Source: an uncultured Pseudogracilibacillus sp. (GTDB lineage Bacteria; Bacillota; Bacilli; Bacillales; Amphibacillaceae). Taken from it: a stretch of 64,000 nt of DNA. Made by a program: the position numbers and the translations under genes. Positions 1 through 10,492 of this stretch are shown here, in pieces. The stretch lies in contig CALJVC010000081.1 of NCBI GenBank assembly GCA_937974845.1, forward strand, positions 3,176 through 67,175, in the 5' to 3' direction. The notes under the pieces were generated by a model. The model made no database searches and was not told the DNA's origin. It was given only the letters and a program-made list of their open reading frames with translations. The stretch's first letter is position 1; every line of letters begins with the position of its first letter.

Positions 1-1853
1 GGATCGCTCTTTTTGCCCGGGGGAGACGGGTGGGCGGGTACATTTGGATTATTCATTTTTTCATGAGTGTCCTATTATATGCCAACGTCGTCTTCTACCG
101 TTTTAATAGCGACTTTATTACGCTACCCTTGCTCACACAAACGAGCAACTTTGGAAGCCTCGGTAGCAGTGTGATTAACTTAATGGCTTGGCACGATATT
201 TTATACTTTTTAGACGTCGCCCTATTACTCTACTTGTTTTTAACGAGTAAACAGATTTGGTCTAACGAGCGGATGAAATTACGCCGTCCGATTTTAATTA
301 TTAGTGCGGGGGTACTCGTCTTTTCTATTAACCTAGCTCTAGCTGAGTTAGATCGACCACAACTATTAAAGCGCACCTTCGACCGAAACTATATCGTGAA
401 ATATTTAGGTGCCTATAACTTTACGATTTATGATGCGATTCAAAATTTAAAAACATCGACCGAAAGGGTTTTGGCCGATAGCGACGATGTGACGGAAGTT
501 CGAAACTATTCTATGCTGAAATATGCTGAACCGAACGAGGAGCTTTTCGGAGTAGCTAAAGGAAAGAATATTATTAAGATTCACTTAGAATCCTTCCATT
601 CTTTCCTGATTAACTTTGAATTAAATGGCGAAGAAGTCACACCCTTTTTAAACTCTTTAGTCAACGAACATCAAGATGAGTTTACCTATTTTGAAAACTT
701 CTTCCACCAGACGGAGCAAGGAAAGACCGCTGATGCGGAGTTAATCGTCGATAACTCCTTATACGGCTTGCCCCAAGGAAGTGCCTTCGTTACGAAGGGA
801 AAAAATACTTATCAAGCTTTACCGGCCATTTTAAAACATGAACAAGGTTATACTTCCGCCGTATTACACGGGGACGGGAAGTCTTTCTGGAACCGGGATG
901 AAATTTATAAACAATTCGGAATCGACTACTTTATCCATGAAGATTATTACGATATGCGGGAAGAACAGGTCATTGGTTATGGTCTAAAGGATAAACCTTT
1001 CTTTAAAGAATCGATGCCTATTCTCGAATCGTTCCCTGAGCCCTTTTACGCTCACTTTATTACTTTGACACATCATCATCCATACTTAATCGATGAAGAG
1101 GATGCAACGATTCCACCGGCCGAAACCCAAGATGCTTCGGTCGATCGGTACTTCCAGACAGCCCGTTACTTAGACGAGGCTTTAGAGATGTTCTTTGAGG
1201 ACTTGAAAGAAGCTGGTTTATACGAAGATTCAGTCATCTTCCTGTACGGTGACCATTATGGTATTTCTGACAACCATTTACGGGCTTTAAGTGAGATTTT
1301 TGATACGAAAATGGATGCCTATAAGTACGCCAACTTACAGCGCGTTCCTTTCTTAATAAAAATCCCTGGCGTCGAAGGTCAAGGTACGATTTCTGAATAC
1401 GCCGGACAAATCGATGTCATGCCAACCCTTATGCATTTACTCGGTATCGATGCTCGAGACTATATCGTCTTCGGTACTGACATGTTCAGTGAAGAACACA
1501 ACGACATCGTCATCTTCCGGAATGGTGACTTCTTTACTGAAGAATATGCTAAAGTAAAAGGGAACTACTACGATAACCGTACCGGAGAAGAAATTGAAGA
1601 ACCGAATGAAGAATTAAAGGAAATTAACCAACAAGTTCTGCATGAATTAGAGCTTTCTGACAAAGTATTACAAGGGGATTTATTACGGTTCTATACCCCT
1701 AAGGATGACTGGGAACCGGTCAATCCTTCCGATTACTTTTACGATGAAAACCAAATCTACATTAAACCTAACCTCATCGAAAAATGGCTGGGAGATCAAG
1801 ATATAGAGGACGATGAGGAAGAAATGATTTTAGAAGAAGGTTTAGAAAAATAA
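1..1853 (+). CDS. ltaS: LTA synthase family sulfatase (LtaS-like), N-terminus cut by window edge
   Basis: ORF 30..1853 (607 aa) stays open in frame back to nt 3. Hydrophobic N-terminal helices are followed by an extracellular sulfatase-type domain (HLESFHSF, GKTADAE, HHHPY, YGDHYG), typical of Firmicute lipoteichoic acid synthases. An intrinsic terminator follows. Confidence 0.85.
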   Translation, partial: IALFARGRRVGGYIWIIHFFMSVLLYANVVFYRFNSDFITLPLLTQTSNFGSLGSSVINLMAWHDILYFLDVALLLYLFLTSKQIWSNERMKLRRPILIISAGVLVFSINLALAELDRPQLLKRTFDRNYIVKYLGAYNFTIYDAIQNLKTSTERVLADSDDVTEVRNYSMLKYAEPNEELFGVAKGKNIIKIHLESFHSFLINFELNGEEVTPFLNSLVNEHQDEFTYFENFFHQTEQGKTADAELIVDNSLYGLPQGSAFVTKGKNTYQALPAILKHEQGYTSAVLHGDGKSFWNRDEIYKQFGIDYFIHEDYYDMREEQVIGYGLKDKPFFKESMPILESFPEPFYAHFITLTHHHPYLIDEEDATIPPAETQDASVDRYFQTARYLDEALEMFFEDLKEAGLYEDSVIFLYGDHYGISDNHLRALSEIFDTKMDAYKYANLQRVPFLIKIPGVEGQGTISEYAGQIDVMPTLMHLLGIDARDYIVFGTDMFSEEHNDIVIFRNGDFFTEEYAKVKGNYYDNRTGEEIEEPNEELKEINQQVLHELELSDKVLQGDLLRFYTPKDDWEPVNPSDYFYDENQIYIKPNLIEKWLGDQDIEDDEEEMILEEGLEK

Positions 1854-1860
1854 AAGATTA

Positions 1861-1892
1861 CGGAAGCAAGCACTGACTTGCTTCCGTTTTTT
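1861..1892 (+). terminator. intrinsic terminator of ltaS
   Basis: 10-bp stem CGGAAGCAAG/CTTGCTTCCG, 6-nt loop, then TTTTTT, 8 nt after the stop codon. Confidence 0.85.
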
Positions 1893-1909
1893 ATTGTCTT
1901 GAAGGGTCC

Positions 1910-2490
1910 TAGTATATGCCGGAAAGTTTTCTTATAAAAAAAGTCGGACTAGATACAAGGGTAAAGGTTCTTGTAAATAAATGTTCCTTCTAGATATAAG
2001 AGTAGGGGGCCTTGTAAATAAAATTTTCTTCTGTTTACATTGGCGGGCGCCCATATAAACAGTTTTTTATCCTATTTACACTAGAGCCCTCTACTGTAAA
2101 CAGAATATAGTTTTTAAAAATCCTATTTACAGTAGACGGGTTTACTGTATACAGAATAATTTTTTTAAAAATCCTGTATACAGTGGAAGCTTCTACTATA
2201 TACAAAAGATAGTCTCCATTTACAGTAGGAGGACTTGCTGTATACGAAAGTTTTATCTATATACAGTAGAGTAGTCCCTTATAAACGAAAAACTTAACGA
2301 TTTACAGTAAATCGATTCCTTGTATACGAAAGCTATTAATCATTTACAGTAGATTAGTTCCTTATATACAAAACTATGAACATTTACAGTAAAACAGCTA
2401 CTTATAAACAAAAATATTAACCCTTTACAATAGAGTAGCTCATTGTAAATAAAAAAACTCCCTATATACAGGAAGTTTTCCTCTGAATAA
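1910..2490. repeat. Array A: 14 tandem about 41-bp palindromic units (TGTAWACA half-sites), non-coding
   Basis: Left half-sites start at 1910, 1950, 1991, 2032, 2073, 2124, 2175, 2217, 2258, 2299, 2341, 2381, 2422 and 2463. Each has an inverted right half-site 21-22 bp downstream. No ORF of 60 aa or more. Confidence 0.9.
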
Positions 2491-2502
2491 ATTGACTGAA
2501 AA

Positions 2503-2542
2503 TTTTAAAAATTAAACCCTCTAGTTGCTCCTTACTAGAGGG
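2503..2542 (-). terminator. intrinsic terminator of ilvA
   Basis: Minus strand reads CCCTCTAG-loop-CTAGAGGG followed by a TTTAATTTTT tail, 10 nt after the ilvA stop. Confidence 0.75.
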
Positions 2543-2551
2543 TATTGTTAT

Positions 2552-3532
2552 TTATGCGGTATGGCCATTAGCCAATCGCTGGATTAATGGTATTTGATCA
2601 ATGTCGAAGTTTCCTCCACTAACGATGACACCACAATGACGGGATTTGATAGCATCGTTATGGGAAAAGAGGGCAGCGAGGGCCGCTGCACCTGCCCCTT
2701 CCATTAATGTCTTATTCCGTTCTAACATATAGAGAATTGCCTTTGCAATCTCTTCTTCTGTTACCGTCACAATATCGTCTACGTACTTTTCAATTAATGG
2801 TAAGGTTTTTTCTCCTGGAGTTTTTACAGCGATTCCTTCAGCAATCGTATCTGCCCGAAGGGGTCGGGTTGCTTTAATTCCATGAAAGGCATAATAGGCT
2901 GGTGGAATATAATCCGCCTGTACCCCTATAATTCGGATGTTTTTGTTGACGTGCTTTGCTGCGACGGCCATTCCACTAATTAAACCGCCACCGCCGATTG
3001 GTACGATAAAGGTGTCGATACGATCCTCCTGGCGCAAGGTCTCCATCGCAATCGTCCCTTGACCTGCCATCACATCATAGTCGTCAAAGGGATGGACATA
3101 GGTAGCACCGGTCTTTTTCTGCGATTCCATCGATGCTTCATAGGCTTCCTGGAAGGAGCTACCTGTTAAAACGACCTTTGCACCGTAATTTTGCGTAGCT
3201 TCGATTTTCGCCTGGGGCGTTTTTTCCGGCATGAAAATCGTTGCCTTTGCCCCAAGCTTCCGGGAGGCGTAAGCGACCCCCTGGGCGTGGTTCCCCGCCG
3301 AAGCAGTAATCACGCCCTTTTCCAGTTGTGCTTTCGAAAGTTGCATCAGTTTAAAGGTTGCGCCTCGGAACTTAAAGGCGCCGGTCTTTTGTTGGTTTTC
3401 CATTTTGAAATATACTTTTTTATCGACGATTCGATTCGTCGTCTCGGATGTAATCAACGGTGTTCGATGTACGATTGGCTTGAGCCGTTCGTACGCTTGA
3501 TATATTTTTTCTCCAGTTAATAAATCCCCAAT
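2552..3532 (-). CDS. ilvA: threonine ammonia-lyase (short TdcB/IlvA type without a C-terminal ACT-like regulatory domain)
   Basis: PLP-lysine motif TGAFKFRGA and GGGGL loop. The track ORF 2552..3457 starts at a TTG. The conserved N-terminal segment (LTGEKIYQAYERLKPIVHRTPL) continues in frame upstream to an ATC/ATT at 3535/3532, behind an AGGGAG RBS. The start codon is uncertain. Confidence 0.85.
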   Translation of the reverse strand: MGDLLTGEKIYQAYERLKPIVHRTPLITSETTNRIVDKKVYFKMENQQKTGAFKFRGATFKLMQLSKAQLEKGVITASAGNHAQGVAYASRKLGAKATIFMPEKTPQAKIEATQNYGAKVVLTGSSFQEAYEASMESQKKTGATYVHPFDDYDVMAGQGTIAMETLRQEDRIDTFIVPIGGGGLISGMAVAAKHVNKNIRIIGVQADYIPPAYYAFHGIKATRPLRADTIAEGIAVKTPGEKTLPLIEKYVDDIVTVTEEEIAKAILYMLERNKTLMEGAGAAALAALFSHNDAIKSRHCGVIVSGGNFDIDQIPLIQRLANGHTA

Positions 3533-3567
3533 GATTCCACACTCCCTAAAAATTTGCGCTTAATAGC

Positions 3568-4158
3568 TTAGGCTAAATGGTTTGCTTCTTCGTAAGCTTT
3601 AATCTTATCCTCTAACTGTAACGTTAAATCAATCTCATCCCATCCGTTTAGTAAATTTTGTCGATTATATTCTGGAATGTCGAAATCTAAGGTCGTTCCT
3701 TGATGATCGGTAACAGTTTTTGCTTCTAAATCGATTGTTAACGTTAGCTCGTTTTCTTCCGCTTCTTTCATCCATTGATCTACTTGTTCTTTCGGCACTT
3801 CGATCACTAGTAAACCATTTTTTAATGAGTTATTATAAAATATGTCAGCAAAGCTAGGTGAAATAACGGCTTTAAACCCATAATCTAATAAAGACCAAGG
3901 GGCGTGTTCCCGCGAGGAACCGATTCCGAAGTTTTCCCCGGCGAGTAAAATAGACGCCTCTTTATATTTAGGTTGATGTAGACTAAAGTCTTCCCGTTTA
4001 TTACCGTTCTCGTCAAAGCGCCAGTTATAAAACAAGTTTTTACCAAAGCCAGTACGTTTAATACTTTTTAAAAATTGCTTCGGTATAATCTGGTCGGTAT
4101 CTACGTTCGTTCGATTTAACGGATAAACTAAGCCTGTATGTCTTTTAATTGGTTCCAT
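3568..4158 (-). CDS. leuD: 3-isopropylmalate dehydratase small subunit
   Basis: 196 aa with a typical LeuD sequence (GENFGIGSSREHAPW). Adjacent to leuC. Confidence 0.95.
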   Translation of the reverse strand: MEPIKRHTGLVYPLNRTNVDTDQIIPKQFLKSIKRTGFGKNLFYNWRFDENGNKREDFSLHQPKYKEASILLAGENFGIGSSREHAPWSLLDYGFKAVISPSFADIFYNNSLKNGLLVIEVPKEQVDQWMKEAEENELTLTIDLEAKTVTDHQGTTLDFDIPEYNRQNLLNGWDEIDLTLQLEDKIKAYEEANHLA

Positions 4159-4170
4159 CCTTCGTCCCTC

Positions 4171-5577
4171 CTAAATGGTTGATAATTCGTATTCGCGAAC
4201 GTCGACAAAACGGCCTTCAATCGCCGCTGCTGCTGCCATCTCCGGACTCACAAGGTGGGTTCTGGCGCCATTCCCTTGTCTACCTTCAAAGTTTCGGTTC
4301 GAGGTTGAAGCACAACGTCCTCCTGGAGGTACGATATCTTCGTTCATCCCTAGACACATACTACATCCAGCATCCCGCCATTCGAAACCGGCCTCTTTGA
4401 AAATTTTGTCGATCCCCTTTTCTTCCGCTTCCATCTTCACTAGGAAAGATCCAGGTACAACGATGGCACGGACACCGTCCTTGACCTTTTTCCCCTTAAT
4501 GATACGGGCGGCCTTCTCTAGGTCCCGTAAACGGGAGTTCGTACAAGAACCGATAAAGACGTGGTCGATTTCAATGGAAGTGATTGGTTGTTTTTCTTCT
4601 AAGCCCATATATTCTAAAGCTAGCTCTACACTACGAGGGTCCTCGGATTCAGAAACAGCCGGTGTGGAGCCACTGATCGGTGCGCCCATCCCTGGGTTCG
4701 TCCCCCAGGTAACTTGCGGTTCAATTTTCGTCGCATCGATCGTCACGGTCTTATCGTATTCTGCCCCTTCATCGGTCGCTAGGGCTAACCACTCTTCGGC
4801 TAGCTTGTCAAAGGCCTCTCCCTTCGGTACATGGCGACGACCTCTTAAATATTCTACCGTCGTCTCGTCAGGACTGATTAGACCCGCCCGGGCTCCTGCT
4901 TCGATCGACATATTACAAACAGTCATTCGTTCTTCCATCGTCATCTTCCGAATAGCCTCTCCAGTATATTCGATGACGTAACCCGTTCCCATATGGACTC
5001 CATATTTAGCGATGATAGCTAAAATTAAATCCTTTGCGGTCACGCCGACACCAAGTTCGCCTTCGACTTTGACATTTAACGTTTTTGGTTTTTCCTGCCA
5101 AATTGTCTGGGTCGCAAGGACATGCTCAACCTCACTCGTTCCAATTCCAAAGGCTAAAGCGCCAAAGGCACCGTGGGTTGAAGTATGGCTATCACCGCAA
5201 ACGATAGTTTTTCCAGGTTGGGTTAGACCGAGCTGGGGGCCGATAACGTGAACGATTCCTTGGTCTGGGTGGAACATATCGGCAAGCTCAATCCCAAACT
5301 CTTTACAGTTCTCAGCTAGAGTATCCATCTGTTGCTTGGCTATCGGGTCGTTAACCTGCTCACGGTTCACCGTTGGCACGTTATGGTCCATCGTCGCAAA
5401 GGTTAAATCCGGACGACGCACCTTACGCCCTTTCATCCGTAGGCCTTCAAAGGCTTGAGGGGACGTAACTTCGTGAACGAGGTGTAAGTCGATATACAAT
5501 AGGTCTGGTTTTCCTTCCTCTTCATGAACGACTTTTTTCTCCCACACTTTTTCGATAATCGTTTTTGGTTTTGTCAT
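4171..5577 (-). CDS. leuC: 3-isopropylmalate dehydratase large subunit
   Basis: Aconitase-family Fe-S motifs ([20 protein letters not shown]). Likely start is the ATG at 5577 (MTKPK) behind GGAGGTG. The track ORF extends to 5592. Confidence 0.95.
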   Translation of the reverse strand: MTKPKTIIEKVWEKKVVHEEEGKPDLLYIDLHLVHEVTSPQAFEGLRMKGRKVRRPDLTFATMDHNVPTVNREQVNDPIAKQQMDTLAENCKEFGIELADMFHPDQGIVHVIGPQLGLTQPGKTIVCGDSHTSTHGAFGALAFGIGTSEVEHVLATQTIWQEKPKTLNVKVEGELGVGVTAKDLILAIIAKYGVHMGTGYVIEYTGEAIRKMTMEERMTVCNMSIEAGARAGLISPDETTVEYLRGRRHVPKGEAFDKLAEEWLALATDEGAEYDKTVTIDATKIEPQVTWGTNPGMGAPISGSTPAVSESEDPRSVELALEYMGLEEKQPITSIEIDHVFIGSCTNSRLRDLEKAARIIKGKKVKDGVRAIVVPGSFLVKMEAEEKGIDKIFKEAGFEWRDAGCSMCLGMNEDIVPPGGRCASTSNRNFEGRQGNGARTHLVSPEMAAAAAIEGRFVDVREYELSTI

Positions 5578-5614
5578 TCCACACACCTCCACATTAATGA
5601 CTTTTCTCGCTGAT

Positions 5615-6682
5615 TTATTTTTTAATCCTTTGAATGACTTGCGCCGTCATTTCTTCCGTACCGACTAAGGTACCGCCTTCCATCTTTAAATCGCCAGTAT
5701 AGTAACCATCAGCTAAGGTTGCTTCTACTGCCCTTTCGATTGCATCGGCTTCTTCCTGTAAATCAAAAGCAAAACGCAACATCATACTTGCCGATAAAAT
5801 CATACCTAAGGGGTTTGCAATTCCCTTTCCAGCGATATCAGGGGCAGAGCCATGGACCGGCTCGTATAAACCGACTGTATCAGATAAGCTAGCTGATGGT
5901 AGCATTCCGATCGATCCGGTTAAGACCGAAGCTTCGTCACTTAAAATATCCCCGAATAAGTTTTCTGTCACGATTACGTCGAAGCTCTTCGGATGCGTAA
6001 TAAGACGCATCGCAGCGGAATCAACTAACATATGCTCGACGGTGACTTCGGGATAGTCTTTACTCTTCTCTTCGACAATTTCCCGCCACATACGGCTCGA
6101 CTCTAACACGTTCGCCTTGTCGACAGAGGTTAAATGCTTCTTACGCATCATGGCGCTTTGGAAACCTAATTCAACAATCCGTTCGATTTCCTCCCTCGTA
6201 TAATGGAGAGTATCGACGACGGTATTTCCGTTATCTCGACGCTCCCGCGGTTGTCCAAAATAGAGGCCACCAGTCAATTCCCGCACGATATAAATATCGC
6301 TACCTTGGATGATTTCCTCCTTCAATGGAGAAGCGTGGAGCAATGGCGCAAACCCCTTCACTGGACGGATGTTTGCATACAAATTTAATTCCTTCCGAAT
6401 TCTAAGTAATCCGGCTTCTGGACGATCCTCGACGGGAAGCTGATCCCATTTCGGACCTCCGATTGCCCCGAGCAAAATCGCATCGGCCTTTTGACAAACT
6501 TCGATGGTTTCCTCAGTCAAAGGGGTGCCATGCCGATCGTAGGAAGTACCTCCGATATCCCGCTCGATAAAGTTAAAACGATGGCCGTATTTTTCACCGA
6601 CTGCTTGTAAAACTTGCACCGCAGCGTCTATAATCTCTTGACCAATCCCGTCACCGGGTAATACGACAATTTCTTTCGCCAT
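5615..6682 (-). CDS. leuB: 3-isopropylmalate dehydrogenase
   Basis: 355 aa isocitrate/isopropylmalate dehydrogenase family ([12 protein letters not shown]). Confidence 0.95.
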   Translation of the reverse strand: MAKEIVVLPGDGIGQEIIDAAVQVLQAVGEKYGHRFNFIERDIGGTSYDRHGTPLTEETIEVCQKADAILLGAIGGPKWDQLPVEDRPEAGLLRIRKELNLYANIRPVKGFAPLLHASPLKEEIIQGSDIYIVRELTGGLYFGQPRERRDNGNTVVDTLHYTREEIERIVELGFQSAMMRKKHLTSVDKANVLESSRMWREIVEEKSKDYPEVTVEHMLVDSAAMRLITHPKSFDVIVTENLFGDILSDEASVLTGSIGMLPSASLSDTVGLYEPVHGSAPDIAGKGIANPLGMILSASMMLRFAFDLQEEADAIERAVEATLADGYYTGDLKMEGGTLVGTEEMTAQVIQRIKK

Positions 6683-6902
6683 ATTCCTTCCCCATTTCTT
6701 ATTTTCCTGACTTCGTTCGACATCCTTGTCGAAACGCTAGAGTTAGCCCAGCTTCTACGGATGCTTACTTTCGTTTTCGGTTTACTGTAGTTTCAAGCTT
6801 TTCCCGTTGAACCCTGGGCTTCTCAAGATCCCTTGTCTTCAAATTTATAGTCGACGGTCTACATACGTTCAAGCTGCATTCCCCCTATAAAAAGGGTTTT
6901 TT

Positions 6903-6934
6903 TGAAAAAGAGAGGCGGAAAATTCGTCCGCCTC
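6903..6934 (-). terminator. intrinsic terminator after ilvC
   Basis: Minus strand GAGGCGG-9 nt loop-CCGCCTC followed by TCTTTTTC, 42 nt after the ilvC stop. Confidence 0.7.
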
Positions 6935-6975
6935 CTATGTCAACAGCTGTAACTATCTCATATAACCGTAGTAAC

Positions 6976-8010
<1,035 letters not shown>

Positions 8011-8138
8011 CTACAAACTTGCTAATCTATCAATAACCCTGTCTACAGATCGGGAAGGAATAACTAGGGCTCCTTCCCGTCAGTACTTGTTCTTTTCTTT
8101 AAAATAAAACTATCGTCCTTTTACTAGACTAACTAAAT

Positions 8139-8666
8139 TTATACAGAATATTGGGAAATATCTGTCACTTGACCGTTACTTTGGGGTTGTTGGCCTCGTA
8201 ATAAAGCCGTAATACCCGTCCGCGCTAGCTCTTTAATACCGTAAGGGCGTAATAGAGTAATGAGCGCATCGATTTTTTCTGAATTTCCTGTTACTTGAAC
8301 GGTCGTACTATCCTTACTAATATCAATGACCTGTGCCCGGAAAGGGGAGACGAGCCCTTGAATTTCATTGTTAATCTGAGGCGTGCTAGCTACTTTAATT
8401 AAAGCTAGCTCCCGCGCTACAATGGCTTGGTCTGTAATGTCGGAGACTTTGATAACGTCGATTTGCTTGTTGAGCTGTTTTGTGAGTTGCTCGATTTTTT
8501 CAGCCTCGGGTACATCGACGACTAAGGTCATCTTGGAAATATCCGGCGTTTCCGTCGTTCCTACAGAAATACTTTCAATATTGAATTTTCGACGTTGTAA
8601 CATGCCGGTTACTCGGTTTAAAACCCCACTACGGTTCTGTACGGTTAAGGTGATGATCCGTCTCAT
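8139..8666 (-). CDS. ilvN: acetolactate synthase small (regulatory) subunit
   Basis: 175 aa ACT-domain protein. Its start overlaps the ilvB stop by 4 nt. Confidence 0.9.
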   Translation of the reverse strand: MRRIITLTVQNRSGVLNRVTGMLQRRKFNIESISVGTTETPDISKMTLVVDVPEAEKIEQLTKQLNKQIDVIKVSDITDQAIVARELALIKVASTPQINNEIQGLVSPFRAQVIDISKDSTTVQVTGNSEKIDALITLLRPYGIKELARTGITALLRGQQPQSNGQVTDISQYSV

Positions 8667-10405
8667 TCTTTTGTCACTCCTAGCATTTGATGAATTCCTT
8701 TTCCTGGTGCGACCATCGGTAAAACACGCTCTTTCTTAATGATGCGGAAATCTGCTAATACCGGTCCATCGTGGGCAAAAATTTCTTCTAAGGCCCGATC
8801 GACTTCCGATTCATCCTCAATTTTCATGCCGCGGATTCCGTAACTCTCCGCCAACTTCACAAAGTCCGGGTTCATATCGAGTAAGGACTCGGAATAACGT
8901 TCATCGTAAAAGTCCTGTTGCCACTGACGAACCATACCTAGGGCCGAGTTGTTTAAGATGATGATTTTTATCGGTAAGTTCCACTGTTTTAATAAAATTA
9001 ACTCCTGGGAGTTCATTTGGAATCCACCATCACCGTTGATCGATACGACGGTTTCACCGGGACGTCCAAGCTGAGCTCCAATCGCCGCTGGAAAACCGAA
9101 GCCCATCGAACCTAGCCCGCCCGAAGTTACCCACTTGTTCGGTTCATCTAAGGTGTAAAACTGCGCCGCCCACATTTGGTTTTGACCGACATCCGTCGTG
9201 ACGATCGCCTTTCCATCGGTATGTTCATGAATTTTCTTCGTTAGCCATTGAGGAGAAATCGCCTCGTCCGAACGTTCGTACCATAAAGGATATTTCTCCT
9301 TGTTTTCTTGAATACGATCTAACCAATCCTGGTGATCAAGCGGTTGAATATCCTTAGCTAATAGGGCTTGGAGGGCCTCCTTGGCATCGGCGACGACCGG
9401 AATTTCTGTCTTGACGTTTTTACCGATTTCGGCAGGGTCGATATCGATATGGGCGACCTTTGCCTTCGGTGCATAATGCTCTAAGTTTCCTGTGAGACGG
9501 TCGTCGAAACGAGCCCCGATATTAATTAAGAAGTCGCACTCGTACATCGCCATGTTCGCTGCATAGGATCCATGCATGCCTCCCATACCTAATGAGAGTG
9601 GATGCGAGCCAGGGAAGGTTCCTAAGCCAAGTAACGTGTTAACAATAGGTAGCTGGGAACGTTCGACAAATTGTCGGAGCTCTTCGCTCGCCTTCGCAAA
9701 CTGGACACCAGCTCCCGCTACGACGAGGGGTTTTTTTGCCTTTTCTAAAGCCTCGATTAATTTAACGATTTGCATCGGATTCGGCTTCGTCGTCGGCTGG
9801 TAACCAGGTAAATTCATTTCTTCGTTGTATTCCCCTTCAGGTAACCCTTCAGAAATGTTTTTCGGTACGTCGATGACCACCGGTCCAGGCCTTCCTGTAG
9901 AAGCGATATGGAAGGCTTCCCGAACAATTCTCGGTAAATCCCGAATATCGTCTACTTGATAGTTGTATTTAGTAATTGGAGTGGTGATTCCTAAGACGTC
10001 CGATTCCTGGAAGGCGTCTGTCCCAATGACGGTCTTCGCTACCTGACCCGTAAAAATGACAAGGGGAATCGAGTCCATCATCGCATCGGTAATTCCTGTA
10101 ATTAAGTTCGTAGCCCCTGGTCCGGATGTCGCAATGACGACGCCGGTCTTCCCCGTTACACGTGCATAACCCTCGGCTGCAAAAATTGCGCCCTGTTCAT
10201 GACGGGTTAAGACGTGGCGGAAGCTTTTGTTCGCACGGTACATCGCGTCATAAATTGGCAATACTGCCCCGCCCGGATAGCCGAAAATTGTATCAACTTC
10301 TTGCTCTTCTAAAAGTTGAATGAGCAAATCGGCACCCGTCCTTGGCTTTTCTGCTTCAGCTGACTGTTCTTGCATCTGTGGGCTCATTTTTGCCTCTACT
10401 TTCAC
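8663..10405 (-). CDS. ilvB: acetolactate synthase large subunit (biosynthetic, ThDP-dependent)
   Basis: 580 aa with ThDP motif GDGGFQMN...LNN. First gene behind the T-box leader. Confidence 0.95.
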   Translation of the reverse strand: MKVEAKMSPQMQEQSAEAEKPRTGADLLIQLLEEQEVDTIFGYPGGAVLPIYDAMYRANKSFRHVLTRHEQGAIFAAEGYARVTGKTGVVIATSGPGATNLITGITDAMMDSIPLVIFTGQVAKTVIGTDAFQESDVLGITTPITKYNYQVDDIRDLPRIVREAFHIASTGRPGPVVIDVPKNISEGLPEGEYNEEMNLPGYQPTTKPNPMQIVKLIEALEKAKKPLVVAGAGVQFAKASEELRQFVERSQLPIVNTLLGLGTFPGSHPLSLGMGGMHGSYAANMAMYECDFLINIGARFDDRLTGNLEHYAPKAKVAHIDIDPAEIGKNVKTEIPVVADAKEALQALLAKDIQPLDHQDWLDRIQENKEKYPLWYERSDEAISPQWLTKKIHEHTDGKAIVTTDVGQNQMWAAQFYTLDEPNKWVTSGGLGSMGFGFPAAIGAQLGRPGETVVSINGDGGFQMNSQELILLKQWNLPIKIIILNNSALGMVRQWQQDFYDERYSESLLDMNPDFVKLAESYGIRGMKIEDESEVDRALEEIFAHDGPVLADFRIIKKERVLPMVAPGKGIHQMLGVTKE

Positions 10406-10492
10406 TTTCTTTTCCTCCTTAAAGTTTTATATTTCCAATCTTGACGATTGAGTTTACTACTAAGTCACATTAGCTAAGTTGCTTGATAATAT

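Noticed and set aside
1910-2490. CRISPR array interpretation of the periodic repeats.
   Set aside because: The unit is only about 41 bp in total and consists of two inverted 10-13 bp arms. The variable parts are 6-10 bp and are sometimes shared between arrays. There is no leader or cas genes in the window, and spacing is quantised rather than spacer-like.
1910-2490. DnaA-box cluster (TTATAAACA and TTGTAAATA versus TTATCCACA).
   Set aside because: The matches fail at exactly the two central positions (CC/GG) that define DnaA boxes. The dominant core TGTATACA is not DnaA-like.
4175-4981. Long antisense ORFs: 268 aa opposite leuC, plus 32957..33505 opposite icmF, 56978..57556 opposite the antiporter, and 26659..27162 opposite tal.
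   Set aside because: Each lies fully inside a well-supported gene on the other strand. Their composition is low-complexity and Ser/Pro/Arg-rich, and they have no RBS. These are typical shadow ORFs.
6714-6736. Pair of inverted Spo0A-box-like heptamers (TTCGACA / TGTCGAA) upstream of leuB.
   Set aside because: The two heptamers are simply the arms of one small palindrome. There is no supporting context for Spo0A control of leucine genes. It is noted only as a hairpin under the leuA finding.
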